DNA from: Paraspadella gotoi
Lineage: Eukaryota; Animalia; Chaetognatha
DNA: 64,000 bases
NCBI GenBank assembly: GCA_051294375.1
Contig: JBJCIZ010000239.1
Location: 1,018,831 to 1,082,830, forward strand
Direction: 5' to 3'
The notes beneath the pieces are model-generated. The model was not told the origin of the DNA. It did no database searches and was given only the letters and a program-made list of their open reading frames with translations. Below are positions 50,995 through 64,000 of the stretch, in pieces; within the stretch, counting starts at the first letter, position 1; each line of letters begins with the position of its first letter. Made by a program: the position numbers and the translations under genes.

Positions 50995-53277
50995 TCCACT
51001 TTCGCCCGCAATTCCTCAATTCACATCAGTCTTGAGACCGCGTTCAATTTTCCGTAGCCGCTTCGGTGAATTAGGAAAACAAAACAAAAAAAAAATTCCA
51101 AGACAAAAATTAGGCGATGAGCAAGAACAAATTTTGTTTTCCCGCCCCCGAATTTTTCGTCTGTTTTTTTTCTTTTTGTTTTTGGTTTTTATTGTTTTTT
51201 TCCCGTAAAATGGTATTTTGGCGAAATCGTTATAAGAACCGTAAAACAAGATAAGTTTGAGAAAGGGAGAACGCGAAAGAGAGCGAATGAAAAACAACGA
51301 GGAGAGAAGCGGAAACCAAAAAAGAACTTTTAGTTTGTTTCTTTATCTTTTTGAAGTCGCCTTTGTTTATATATTTTTAACCCAGGTCTGTCTCGCGAGC
51401 TAAAAATAGAAATGACCGAATTGGACTTGAAAAGCCGAGATTAGTTAATTCGGGCTAGCAAGCTTTTGCTTTATCGATAAATAATCTGAAATATTTCCCA
51501 TTGATAAAACAGGTACTCTGGTAAAACGAACTTGGAGAGCTGATGAAGCTAGACTGTATAGTTTGAAGATATGGCCAAGCCCAAAGTGTCCAAATAACTA
51601 TACTTCTTTATTAATGAATGTTATTTTAATGTGCGTATACCAATTATACATATATTATGTATTATGATCAAAATGATTTTAAAATTAATTACAATTCTAA
51701 TTATGAATTACGTTATTTGAGATCGAAGAACTTGATTCGCAGAGAAAATATTTTGAAGATACTTTTTGTGAAAACTTCCGAACTCGTGCGAATAGGAAAA
51801 TCAATGAATGGTTTTCCTATCGGAATGACGCGTTTTGTTTTTTTCCTCGACTCAACGTCAGCGCCCTGCTAAATCCAAAAACTTGAATCGAAAACAACAC
51901 AAAACGAAAACAATGAAAAAAATGATAATGCAAGTTTGTCTTTCAACCGGAGACTTTTGTCGACGCCTTGGGGAGCATTGGCGAAAACAAACGCAGACTC
52001 GAAGCTGTGAGTGTTGTACGATCAACCGACGCGCAGGTAACTAACACCAGAGCGCAGGGCTGAGCTGCCAGGGTGAGTCAGTCGGCGTTCATGATGAGGA
52101 GCCTTGGAGGAGTGAGCCGAAGGTCGGAGATCGAGTACAAGTCGGCCGGACCAGATCGCGTCTGCTTGACTGTAGAGAGAGACGAGAGAGAGAGAAGGAG
52201 GAGAGAGAGAGGGGCAGAGAGAGCAGAGCAGAGGAGAGAGAGAGCGAGAGGAGAGCCAGAGTCCAGACCATCCCAGAGTGTGACCCATCCAGAGAGGTCA
52301 CACTGTCAGCTCTTGGTCAGCCGTGAATGTTGCGACCCGTTTATCGTGAACTGTGCGCCCTTTCACTATTCTCCTGGCCAGCTGTGTGCTCTCTCTCTAC
52401 AACTCTATCTCGTCGTCTGCGCTCTGCTCTCTTCTCGCTCTCTCGTCTACTCTACTCTCCTCTCTCTCTCATCTCTCTCACTCTCTTTCTGTCTCTTTCT
52501 CTCGTCTTTACTCATCGTCTCTCATCTCGTCTGTGCCGGGCTCAGTCTCTTCGTCTCTCACCGGCTCTCTCTTCTCCCCCCCTCCTTCTCTATGCTCTGC
52601 TCTCTCGTCTCCCCTACTCACTCTCAGCGCCCACTTTGCTCTCTCGTCCGCTTCTGTCGGGACATAGCTAGTGTATTGAAATCGGCGGCCTGTTGTGGCA
52701 CTAATCACAACCATTCGCGACGCCTGGACACGGAGACCGACCATGAAATCGATTCCCGTTGGTGACGCCTCGATTTTTGACCCAAAACGATGACTTGAGG
52801 TTTTTTTGACCCTGTGGAAAAAAGACCGCTTTTGATGACCGATTCGGGACCAGCGTCGAAACGGTCACGCATCACCATTTCTTGTAGAGTTGTAACCAGC
52901 ATACTTTATTTTTCATGTTAATCGTCGTTATAACGTATCAGCGAACCAAACACGAATAATAAATATTTCACATTAACATCGCCCTGCACCAGTATTTCTA
53001 ATTTCACACCGTCGATGTTCGATCGTTGTCGATGAACCGTCGTCGTCGTCGTCGTCGTCGTCGTTTTACGCACTTCAAAAGAACGACGACAGACGATGAC
53101 AGAAAGGATCTAAATTAATTTACATATGTTAAACTAAAGCCACGACTGTTAGGAGCACGCGCGCTTGGTTCATTCTTATGGCGAAGTTCTTGCAACCTGG
53201 CTCGCTCTGTAATTCCGTTCGTTTTGTGTGACGAACTCGACCATCGCCCTCANNNNNNNNNNNNNNNNNNNNNNNNN

Positions 53278-54069
53278 CGTTTTCTAACGAGAGCTCTGTG
53301 ACATTGACAAATATCACGTAAGTTGAAATTTTATTCATTCGTTTCATTCGGTCGCAAATCGAAAATCGTGATTCGGGAAAAAAAAGATATTTAAAATGCT
53401 CAGTATGTAAAAATGTTATTTTTTTTCTTAAAAATGGATGGAAGCATTGACCAGCTTACCCCCCTGAATTTCTGCAGGCAACATAACGTGTTTTCTTAAT
53501 TTTTGTTCTCATTTAAAGTTTAGAAGAANNNNNNNNNNNNNNNNNNNNNNNNNNNNNNNNNNNNNNNNNNNNNNNNNNNNNNNNNNNNNNNNNNNNNNNN
53601 NATTATGAATTAATCAAAACAGATAAATTTGATCATATTAAGGCAGATCTGTATTCGCCGTTCGTAAGAACTAAGACCCGGACGAAGCTTTTAAACTTAA
53701 GCATTAAAACTTTTCCGACTTTGATAATAAGATTCGGATCAGGCTGTAACACCATGTTACAGGCGGNNNNNNNNNNNNNNNNNNNNNNNNNNNNNNNNNN
53801 NNNNNNNNNNNNNNNNNNNNNNNNNNNNNNNNNNNNNNNNNNNNNNNNNNNNNNNNNNNNNNNNNNNNNNNNNNNNNNNNNNNNNNNNNNNNNNNNNNNN
53901 NNNNNNNNNNNNNNNNNNNNNNNNNNNNNNNNNNNNNNNNNNNNNNNNNNNNNNNAAGTTAAGTTAAGTTAAGTTAAGTTAAGTTAAGTTAAGTTTCCAC
54001 TTTCGCCCGCAATTCCTCAATTCACATCAGTCTTGAGACCCGGTTCAATTTTCCGTAGCCGCTTCGTGA
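53278..54069 (+). repeat. Additional direct copy of 50353-51069
   Basis: Near-identical sequence (gagctctgtgacattg ... ttccgtagccgcttcg) bounded by two 25-N gaps. Confidence 0.92.
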
Positions 54070-54094
54070 NNNNNNNNNNNNNNNNNNNNNNNNN

Positions 54095-57000
54095 GATAAG
54101 AAAACAAACTAAAGTTTTTTTGATTTCCGCTTTTCTTCTCCTAGGTTGTTTTTTCAATTTGCTTCTCTTTCGCTCTCCCTCTTTCTCAAAACTTATTTTG
54201 TTTTAACGTTTTCTATAAGCGATTTCGCCAAATAAACCATTAGGGGAACAACAATAAAAACAAAAAACAAAAAGAAAAAACAGACGAAAACATTCGGGGG
54301 GGGGGAAACAAAATTTGTTTGCTCATCGCCTAATTTTTTGTCTTTGGAATTTTTTGTTTTTGGTTTTGTTTTCGCTATTTCACGAAGCGGCTACGGAAAA
54401 ATTGAACCGGGTCTCAAGACTATGTGAATTTGGAATACGGGCGAAAAGTAGAAACTTAACTTAACTTAACATTAACCCTTAACGCAATCTTATTATCGGA
54501 GTCGGAAAAAGTTTTAATGTTTGCGTTAAATCTTCGTCCGGGTCTTAGTTCTTATGAACTCGCTATAATATATAATAATACCAGATCAGCTTTATATGAT
54601 CAAATTTATCTCTTTTGATTAATTCATAATTAATTATTCTTCTAAACTTTAAATGAGAACAAACAATTACAGAGAACAATTTTTTCTAATAAATACATTA
54701 TGTTAACCTTCAGGAGGTCAATGCTTCCATCCCAATTTTTAAAAAAAAAAATAACATTTTTACATACTGAGTATTTTAATAACTTTTTTTCACCGAATCA
54801 GATTTGCCTCTTTCTTTGGCGACTGAATGAAACGATGATAAATTAAACTTACGTGATATTTAAAAAATCAATCGTCAAGAGCTGCTCGTTAGAAAAACGA
54901 CGTTTACAAAGACTCAAAGTTTGTAAAAAAAGACAAGTCCCTTAAGTTAAACAAAATACCAAGCAATGAAACAAACTTCCCTTTCATCAATGCGGAAAAA
55001 AAGAAAAAAAAAAACTTGGTCACTGCGTGGCCGACCGACAGGCCGCCCCCTTCCTGGCTCGCCCCTCATTTCCAGGCCGCCCCGTCCATCCCCGGGTGCC
55101 TCGACAGGCCCTCCTCGCCGGGCGGCACGAAACAACAGAGATTCAGGAACTTGAGATTGAAGGTCAGCGAACCGAATGGAATCGTCAATGGCGCGGAGAT
55201 GGAACGAGCTTGGGGGTGGGGGTGGGGGGGAGTAGGAGGGGAAGGGTGAAAGGAAAATGGAGGTTGCCGGTTGAATAGGAGAAAAGTGGTCAAAGAGGAA
55301 GGGGAAAGTAGTAAATTGATACGCAGATGTCTTAAACCGTGATTCTTTCAGTTGTACGCCGATGGCTCATTGAGTAAAGCCATCAGTTTTATGACCAAAT
55401 TAGGTATTTCAGCCCGCAAGGGTAAATTTGATAATATTTAATGAAGTTTTTTTTTTTTCTTGTTTCGCCCCTGGCTAGAAAGAACATTTTTTTTATTGAT
55501 ATCAAACAGTATTGACATAATTGTTTTGGAAATCTTAATTAAATTTTTTTTGATGGATTCTGATAGAGCATAAAAATTAACAAGAAATATAATTACAGCT
55601 TTTAAAAATTCTTACATTTTATAAGTGAAATATAAAAAACTGATAAAATCATCGAAAGATGATGATGATGATGATTTTTTTAAATTTTTCTTATTTTTGA
55701 CACACTTCATAAAATGTTAAAAAAGAATTATACTTGTGTAGACAATTTTTATGAGCTATCTGAATCGGGTCTTAAAATTAAAAAATTCTAACATTATTTT
55801 TTAGGCCTTTCCTATCTATAAAATAAACATTACCAAAATTATTTGCTAGGGTATAGAAGCCTATTAGAAATTTTTTTGTCTTGGAAAGTATTACTATAAA
55901 AATGGTCTAAATATTCGTTTGAGCATGGACCGCTCTAATTTTGACTCACCAAATTGAGTTGGGCATTTTTCCTATACGTGTCCTTCGTTTCTTTAAGACA
56001 CTTTTATCCATCTTTCGTCCTTTAGCTATCTGAAGTCCTAAGTCCTAAAGTCATTTAGAAAAGGCCGTAAAAATATGAAATAATATCTATACTTAGTTTG
56101 AATTTGTAATGGGGGCTTTTATTTTTCATTTTTATAAAACAAGACCAAATTTAAAAACTAATGAATAATATCTGATACTTAGTTAGTTTTGATTTGAAAT
56201 AGGGACTTTTTTAAAATATTTTTTATATAAGACCAAAATGTTGAAATTAAATTTTTGTTTTCGCACTGCAAATATGCAAATGAAGATTAGGATGGTTCGT
56301 CATGATATTTATGGCTGGAAAATAAAGAAAGGAATGAGTTGACTGCACGAAATGAAAAAGAGGAAAAAAAATGCGGTCGGTCAGGAATTTCTGCGGCTCA
56401 GGTGCTCAACTACTGCCGGTGAAGATGGAAGACGTTCAACGTGAAACGCAATGTGAAAACGGTCGGTGGTCGTTCGGCGCGGTGTAAAAAGAGAGGGGTA
56501 GGGATGGGATCAAAGAGCCAATGTCGTTCACATAAGACGATTCGCTTGGAATGCGTATAGAAAATGTAAATAAATATCTCAGATTTATTAACAATGTTTC
56601 CATCTCAAATTGAAAAAGAACTGACGGTACGAATTTTTAGAAGCCGAGAAATCTGATTTCTCTTCGGATTTAGTTGGAAATTGAAGTAAGATGGAAAGTT
56701 TTGAAATAAAAAAAAATTGGAGAAAATGAGGAAGAAAAAGGAAAAGGGGAAAAAACGGGAGGAATGAAAGTTGGAAATAGAAAAAAGAAGGAAAAAAGAA
56801 AAAGAAATAAGGCACGAAGACTAAATGGTGAGGAGAAAAAGAACTAAAAGTTTGAGCACAATGGTCGGATCTGCTAATTTTAGACTCTTTTCCACTCCTG
56901 CGATTCCACCAAAAATTTAAATATCCAGCTTAATCACATACTTTTCTACCAACGCACAAAATTCCATTTCCAATTGATTATCAATTTTTAATAATTATAA

Positions 57001-59256
57001 TTATGAAGTAAATATAAGTAAAAAAAACCTTCAGTACGTAATGTGACTTGTTTTTTTCCATTTAAACTCATTTCGCCACTCTCACGATTTATCTAAACTT
57101 CAGGTCCATCTCAATCACACACCTTTCCACCCACACACAAAATTTTCATCCAATCCATTCATCCATCCAATCACGAGTAATTGGAGTTTTAATGAAAGGT
57201 GGGACGGACTTCAAGGAACCAGACGGACGGACGGACACGAAATGTGATATAAGAAAAAAGGATTAAATAGTAATTGAGTCCAAGAAAAGCAAAGAATTGG
57301 AGTTTGGTCAAAACCTTTTTGCGCATTGTGCCAATCAGGCCAAGCCGGAAGAGCCTTGCGTCAAATTACTGCGTCAGCGCGGCTCTGCGCCAACCGCGGC
57401 TCTGCGCTGGGCCGCTGCTTCCGCCTTCAGGGTTAACGATAGAGTCGACTCTGGGGAATCGAAATGGCATTTGAGAACAGAACCATTTTTTTTTGCCTTA
57501 ATTGGAAAATGGTTGAGGGGGGAGGGAGGTAGGATAGAGAGGGAGAGGGATTTGAAGAGAGAGAGGGGGAGAGAGAGAGAGAGAGGGGGAAGAGAGAGAG
57601 AGCGAGAGAGGTGGAGAGGCGAGCCGTGAAATTAGGAATAGAGAGAGAGAGAGAAAGAAAGAAAGAAGAAAGAAAGAAAGAAAGAAAGAAAGAAGAAAGA
57701 AAAGAAAGAAAGAAAGAAAGAAAGAAGAAAGAAAGAAAGAAAGACAGACAGCACGACCGGCTCGACAGATACCCCAAGTTGCTCTCTTTTTCGGCTGAAT
57801 ATAAATGACAGTCTTCGGGGCAAAATCGAATTTCCTCTCACATTTTTTTTGGTTCCAATTGTTGAAAAAGTTAAGCGTCTCTAAAATGAGATGGGTCCAG
57901 TCTATTTATTTCCGCGAGGAGGTCAATAATATTAAAATAATTAATAATAATAATAATATAATAATTAATAATTAATAATATTGAATTGGAAAATGGGTCA
58001 GTGCAGTCAGTCATCATCGTCAGTCAGTCAGTCAGTCATCCAGTCAGTCAGTCAGTGCAGACGAGCGGGAATATTTTGGCGATGGCACGGAGTCAGTCTT
58101 AATTAGCTGATTTTCATTTGATATGTTAAAGATTCGCTCGTTGTGAAATTAAACGGATAACTTGATCAATAATTTCCTTATTATTTCTACTAAATTAATA
58201 ATGAACCCCCGAAATAAGTTTAAGCAGTAAAAGTAAACATGGTAGAGTCTACTACGGGCGCTACATTTTTGTTATCACCCTGGCTTTGCCTCGTCCCAAT
58301 AGAGAAACGGGGCAATTATTTCGAATTCAATTGTCTGACGATCCGTTTTCCCGGTGACAAAGACGAGTTTTAAACGAGTACAATGCACAAGGCGGTTCCA
58401 TTGAGGAATCAAGGGTCGGTAGCCTTCGCGCTATTTAGACGCCCATGCCATCGCGGCCATTCCCGCCATTGTCAATATTTCTTCAATTGCCAGTGGCGCC
58501 TTCGTCCGGATACGTCGGCGTCATTTTTCGGGCGGCGACGAATGCCGATCCACGAGTCGGCGACACGTGGCGGCGGGACCGAGGCGGCGTCGGGGTCAAA
58601 AGAGTGCAACGACGAAAAAGGATCGAAAAGGGTCCAAAAAAGTCATGGCGGGGTCTAAAAAAAAAGTCACGGGGTTCGCAAGGGTCGCGGTTCCTTGTTT
58701 TCTCGATTGATGGAAAAAAAAATCTCGAGAAAAAAAAAGAGAAAAAACGGAGGGAAAATCAATTAAACGAGTTTTGAAAGAAAGGAGAAAGAAGAGGAAG
58801 AAGGAGAAGAGGAAAAGGAGAAAGGAGAGGAGGAAAAGGAGAAATGAAGGAGAAAAGGAAAGGAGGAACGGAGAAGGGAGAAGAGGAAAGGAGAAAGGAG
58901 AGGAGGAAAGGAGAGGAGGAGGCGTGGGAAGGAAAGGATAAGAGGGAGAAGAATAGGGAGGAAATGAGAAGATATAAAAAAAGAAAGAGATTGAGTGCGG
59001 AAGGGAGGTGAAGGCACCACAGTAACATTTTTAATGACTTGCCGCTGAGTTGGCAAAGCTAGGCGAGGCGAGTTCGTAGTGAATTCGGGTTAATTTCAGC
59101 GTTGGGCATCATGAGCAATCCCGTTGGTTGCCAGTCGCCCATGGCAACAGAAAGGGATCCTAACGGAAGTAAGTCTGCGAGAATGGCGGGAAAATAATAT
59201 ATCGAGGCAGGAAAATCTAATACGGCGACAAATCTTGAGGGTAAAAAAGGGGAGAG

Positions 59257-59348
<92 letters not shown>

Positions 59349-59788
59349 GGTGAAGCTGAACCTTGTGGAACGCGGAACCGAATCCCTGGGAGAAGGATGA
59401 AGAGGAGGTAAAAATGAATGAAGGTGAAAATAGACAAACTTTGTAAAAAATGTTTCACCACCAAATGAAAACGAACGCTCTCATTGGTTTATCACGTTTT
59501 ACCCGCCTTTTGAATTTGATCGAAGAATGACTTCACTCGGGGACCGCTCTCAACCTCGTCCACCTTTCCACACGCGCGAGTGAGTTCTCCTTCGCCCTTC
59601 TTTTTTCTTTCACTGGTGGTTCTCACGTCGGTGGCCCGTGAGTATTAAGCCCGGGGTCAAGTGGTCACTCTGGATCGTGGATTACGGTCACGTGACGACG
59701 TGGTCACTTGAGCAATGGAGATACGCCTTCCAGAGGAGTCCCTCTTCATTTTCGATAATAATGACGAGGAAAGGCGAGAGAGAGGAGA

Positions 59789-59875
<87 letters not shown>

Positions 59876-59962
59876 TGTATGTCGTCGATCGAATATCGAT
59901 TCAGAAAAAAAATACTTTCCGTCATATATCATCTCTCTCTCTGCTCTCTCTCTCTTCTAATC

Positions 59963-60005
<43 letters not shown>

Positions 60006-62310
60006 GCTCTCTCGTCTCATACTCTTCTCTCTCTCTCACACACTTAAATTTGCCTTAAATTTGTCCGCCTTCTTTTTTTTTGCCTCCGCTTCTCCCATTC
60101 ACTTCGCGACCACTCATTCGTCGCTTCTAACTGCCCGATTTTTTAAAACAACCATTCATCGTCCGATTCTTCCACTTCTATCGCTTCCGGTCAACGGCCA
60201 TTTCCGCTTCCAGAAGTCCTTTTTTGTCTCCTTCTCCCTTTTCGTCGTCTTTTCGTCCACACTTGGATGAGTTTTATGCTCAGTATAAATTCCGCCCTCG
60301 TCTTCGTCTCCTCCTCTCCTTTCTCTCTCTCTCTCGTCTCTCTCTCTCTCTCTCTATCTCTCTTCTCTCTCCTCCTCTCTCTCTCTCCTCTCTCCTCTTC
60401 CTGTCCTTTCGATATTGTGAAGATGGAACCTTGCGGCGCCAGAAATTCCTGGGTGATGAAATTCGATATTTTTTGGTCTGAATTTTTCGTTTAATTTCGA
60501 CCAATAAGAAACGTTTTATTCGAAGAAAATTTGGGCCTAATGAAAACCGCTGTAATTTCGAAATTCTCAGCCAACAGAACTCGTTGATTCTTCGTTTTCA
60601 TACAACATGATTTTGCGATTATTGTTCCTTTTCTTTATTAGATAGTATCCAAATTTAGAAGAAGAGAGAAAGAGAGAGAGAGAGCGAGAGAGAGAGAGAG
60701 AGTCTTAGATAAAGTAGTAAAATGCCAACGATTTCCCGCTTTTCATTTTTTAGTTAACTAAAAAAAAATCTTATAATTCAATTGCATTTACCAGTGCTGA
60801 TAAAAAAATTCTTTCTCATAACAATATTTGTTTTCCTCAAACCAGAATTTAAAAATAATATTGGGCGAGAAGCAACAAGGCCGAACAAAATAACTATGAG
60901 ACGTTTTGAAACTTTATCGTAAGCGTGACAAATACTAGATAAATAATTCGAGTTATTGTAATTCGACAAAAGTTTTGTGACCAGGCTGAATTAAAGATGT
61001 AACAATGATTTGTAAATGTTAATTTTTTCATTTTCACCAATGCACTTCGGGTTACTCTCTGGGTGCCTTATTTATAGCTATAGGTCGAAGACCTAGGCCA
61101 TTATATGAAAAAATGAAATGTTTTAATGTATAAAAAAAGGACCTAATTTCTAGATTGCTGATCATTTTTTTAAATATCAGGCATTGCCTAAATAGGCTTA
61201 ATATAGGTGCCCAAAAAGGCCTAATAGGGCGCCTTATTAGGCAATCGCCAATCACCGTTGGAAGAGTTTTTCTTGAATAAATACAATTGATTATTCTTTT
61301 TACGATTTAGCAAAATTCAATCTAAAATTTATTTTTCAATATAGTTGTCAAGATTTAAGGGTTGATCGCGAAATTTCTTTATTATTATTTTATTATGAAA
61401 TTCTTAGTTCATCACGCCAATAAAATGGGGTATATTTTATTCGCAATCGATGTAAAACAAAAAGATTTCGAAATCTCTTTACTGTTTTTTAAATTTCAGA
61501 TTTTTTTTAAATTTCTTTTTCCTTAATTTTTTTTCTTTTTTTTTTCTCAATTCTTTTTCTCATTTTTTTCAAAGCAATTATTTCCTAATTTACTATTGGC
61601 ATAAAAGGTTTTTATTCAATAGTTCATACAAAATAATCGAGATTGGTTTATTTTATTAAACATTGCATTCGAATTCAAATCATTTCAATCAATGAAAAGG
61701 ATGAAAATCACAGAGAGAGACAGTGAGAGAGAGAGGAGAGTAAAGAGAGAAGAGAGAACTTTCTAGAACTTCTTCAAGTTCAAAAGCAAACATCTTGTTA
61801 AGGTATAGTTGCCCGCTAAAAAATCCATTGTCAGCAGAATATGGGAGTCCGTATCAATAGATCTAAAATTTATGATAAAAAGACAAGAAATTAATCGAAA
61901 GGAAAAGTAAAAACAACTAAATATGTTCTCAAAGATTTTCAAGAAAGACTGTTCTCATTTTGTGCGGGCATATACCGTGAGACATATCCATAATTCAAGT
62001 AACGAGTTGAAAGGCATTTCATCCTCTTGAATCGCCGTAATGCGAACGAAAAAATTTGTTCAGGAAAATCAATAAAATGAGAAAATATCACTTAATTCGC
62101 GATTCAAACGCGGTAACACGTTTTATAAAACTATTCCTTTTCGGTTTACCCATTTTATGCGTGATGTATTATTTTATTATTATTCGATAATAATTTTTTT
62201 TCCTTTTATTTTTCATTCTCGTACAAGAAAAGTAAAAACTTTTTGATTCTCAAATCGAAAGATCGCGAATTTCCGAATGTTAAGTCATATCTTTTTGAGA
62301 GAGAAAAGAG

Positions 62311-62392
<82 letters not shown>

Positions 62393-62670
62393 AATAGTCC
62401 TGCCGTTTGGTAACCTGCTCTTCGCGAAGAGAAAGCGTGTGATAGAGGTGTCAAATAAGTCAAAATAAACTCACTTAATAACTTATAAAAACTTATCCTT
62501 TGCCCTGTTCTCGTTATTTATAAGAGAGTAAACATACTAGACAATTATAAATTGAATTTAACAAATTTTCTCCTCGCTTAAATTTTCCTTGCCACGCACA
62601 TCTTTCGTCAACCGGATATGTAGGTAAGTCAACTTACATTATTATCATGCATCGATCAATCATCATCGTC
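54095..62670 (-). repeat. Right arm of the large inverted duplication
   Basis: Begins at a 25-N gap and ends in the (CAT)n tract. It carries private insertions at about 58121-58391 and 61410-62166. Confidence 0.95.
61410..62166. mobile_element. MITE or non-autonomous TIR element, 757 bp, probable TA target (Tc1/mariner-type)
   Basis: Left CATCACGCCAATAAAATGGGGTA matches the reverse complement of the right end, CATCACGCATAAAATGGGTAA. It is absent from the homologous site in the left arm (about 43660-43675, reverse complement ttcttagttattattt). The right end is followed by TA. No ORF. Confidence 0.85.
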
Positions 62671-62674
62671 CCAT

Positions 62675-63344
62675 CTTTATCTTTTTGAATCGCCTTTGTT
62701 TATATATTTTTAAACCCAGTCTGTCGTCGCGAGCTAAAAATAGAAAATGGAACCGAGAATTGAGACTTTGAAAAAAAAAGGATTCCTGAGAGATTAAGTT
62801 TTGAATTCCGGCGCTGAATGCATAGCTATATTTGCTTTATTACGCGTTATAAATTATATATTCTTTGAAATATTATACCACTTCATTGATAGGGAAGCCA
62901 GGTACTCTGGGAGTGAATAAACGAGACTTTGAGAGAGTCTTGATTGAAAGCTTGCAGGGACCTGCTATGTCATTATCTTGTAAGAGTGATGGAGGCCTTA
63001 AACCACCAAAGCCTGTCCAAAGTCAGGGGCAAGATAGCTTATTTATTAAATGAATGGATAATTTTTATATTGGTTGTACCAATTTCATATATTATTTTAT
63101 GAATTATATTTTTAAATAATTACAAATTCTAATTACTGAATTACGTTATTTGAGATACGAAGAACTTGATTCGCAGAGAAAATATTTGAAAGACTTTTTG
63201 TGAAAACCTTCAAACTCGTGGCGAATGAAAATCAATTGAATGTTTTCCACCGAATGACCCTTTTGTTTTTTCCTCGACCAACGTCAGCGCCCTCTAAATC
63301 CAAAACTTGAAATCGAAAACAAACAAAACGAAAACAATGAAAAA
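62675..63344 (+). repeat. Direct copy of 51341-51920
   Basis: ctttatctttttgaa(g)tcgcctttgtttatatat ... caacgtcagcgccct ... aaaacgaaaacaatgaaaaa, in the same orientation but with a higher insertion-error rate. Confidence 0.92.
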
Positions 63345-63354
63345 NNNNNNNNNN

Positions 63355-64000
63355 TGTTCTTCTAGCAGGGGAAAACAAGAAAAAAAAAGACTTCATTAAA
63401 TATTATCAAATTTACCCTGCGGGCTGAAATACCGAATTGGTCATGAACTGATGGCTTTACTCAATGAGCCATCGGGTCACAACTGAAAGAATCACGTTTA
63501 AGACATCGGCGTATCATTTACTTACTTTCCCCTTCCTCTTTGACCACTTTTCTCCTATTTCACCNNNNNNNNNNNNNNNNNNNNNNNNNNNNNNNNNNNN
63601 NNNNNNNNNNNNNNNNNNNNNNNNNNNNNNNNNNNNNNNNNNNNNNNNNNNNNNNNNNNNNNNNNNNNNNNNNNNNNNNNNNNNNNNNNNNNNNNNNNNN
63701 NNNNNNNNNNNNNNNNNNNNNNNNNNNNNNNNNNNNNNNNNNNNNNNNNNNNNNNNNNNNNNNNNNNNNNNNNNNNNNNNNNNNNNNNNNNNNNNNNNNN
63801 NNNNNNNNNNNNNNNNNNNNNNNNNNNNNNNNNNNNNNNNNNNNNNNNNNNNNNNNNNNNNNNNNNNNNTTTTTTTTCCGCTTTTGATGAAAGGGAAGTT
63901 TGTTTCATTGCTGGTTTTTGTTAACTTAAGGGGACTGTGTCTTTTTTACAAACTTTGAGTCTTTGAAACGTCGTTTTCTAACGAGAGCTCTGTGACATTG
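63355..64000 (+). repeat. Direct copy of 49775-50383
   Basis: gacttcattaaatattatcaaatttaccctgcgggctgaaatacc ... gagctctgtgacattg, identical apart from indels and an internal gap. Confidence 0.92.

Larger units (their letters stand above)
43116..51347 (+). repeat. Left arm of a large inverted duplication
   Basis: Reverse complement of 54095-62670 throughout. Examples: taagttgacttacctacatatccggttgacgaaag (43147) vs ctttcgtcaaccggatatgtaggtaagtcaactta (62602); tttagtttgtttctttatc (51329) vs gataagaaaacaaactaaag (54095). Confidence 0.95.

Noticed and set aside
52073-52765. 230-aa ORF
   Set aside because: Dominated by degenerate (GA)n and (CT)n tracts; no recognisable domain.

Overview
Eukaryotic, most likely invertebrate metazoan, genomic DNA from an error-rich long-read or gap-filled draft assembly. 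It has many N gaps (several exactly 25 N or 100 N), dense indels, and abundant (GA)n, (GAC)n, (GAAA)n and (AAT)n microsatellites. Almost all ORFs in the track are microsatellite or N artefacts. One convincing intronless CDS is present: 8478-8894 (-), a three-TM, CD20/MS4A-like membrane protein whose true C-terminus probably reaches 8422 after a 1-nt homopolymer correction. About two thirds of the window is self-duplicated. There is a direct duplication (9842-26141 vs 26242-36220, joined at a 100-N gap) and an inverted duplication (about 43116-51347 vs 54095-62670) whose junctions look like an 8.2-kb in-place inversion. Both are most simply uncollapsed haplotypes or misjoins. Comparing the copies exposes filled and empty insertion sites: a 2.47-kb TIR DNA transposon with an ATAA(G) target duplication, a 757-bp TA-type MITE, a tRNA-like SINE candidate with a (TAAGT)n tail, and an unexplained 1.95-kb orphan segment. 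I found no CRISPR array, rRNA or intact transposase, and I cannot support a claim of a new biological system here.
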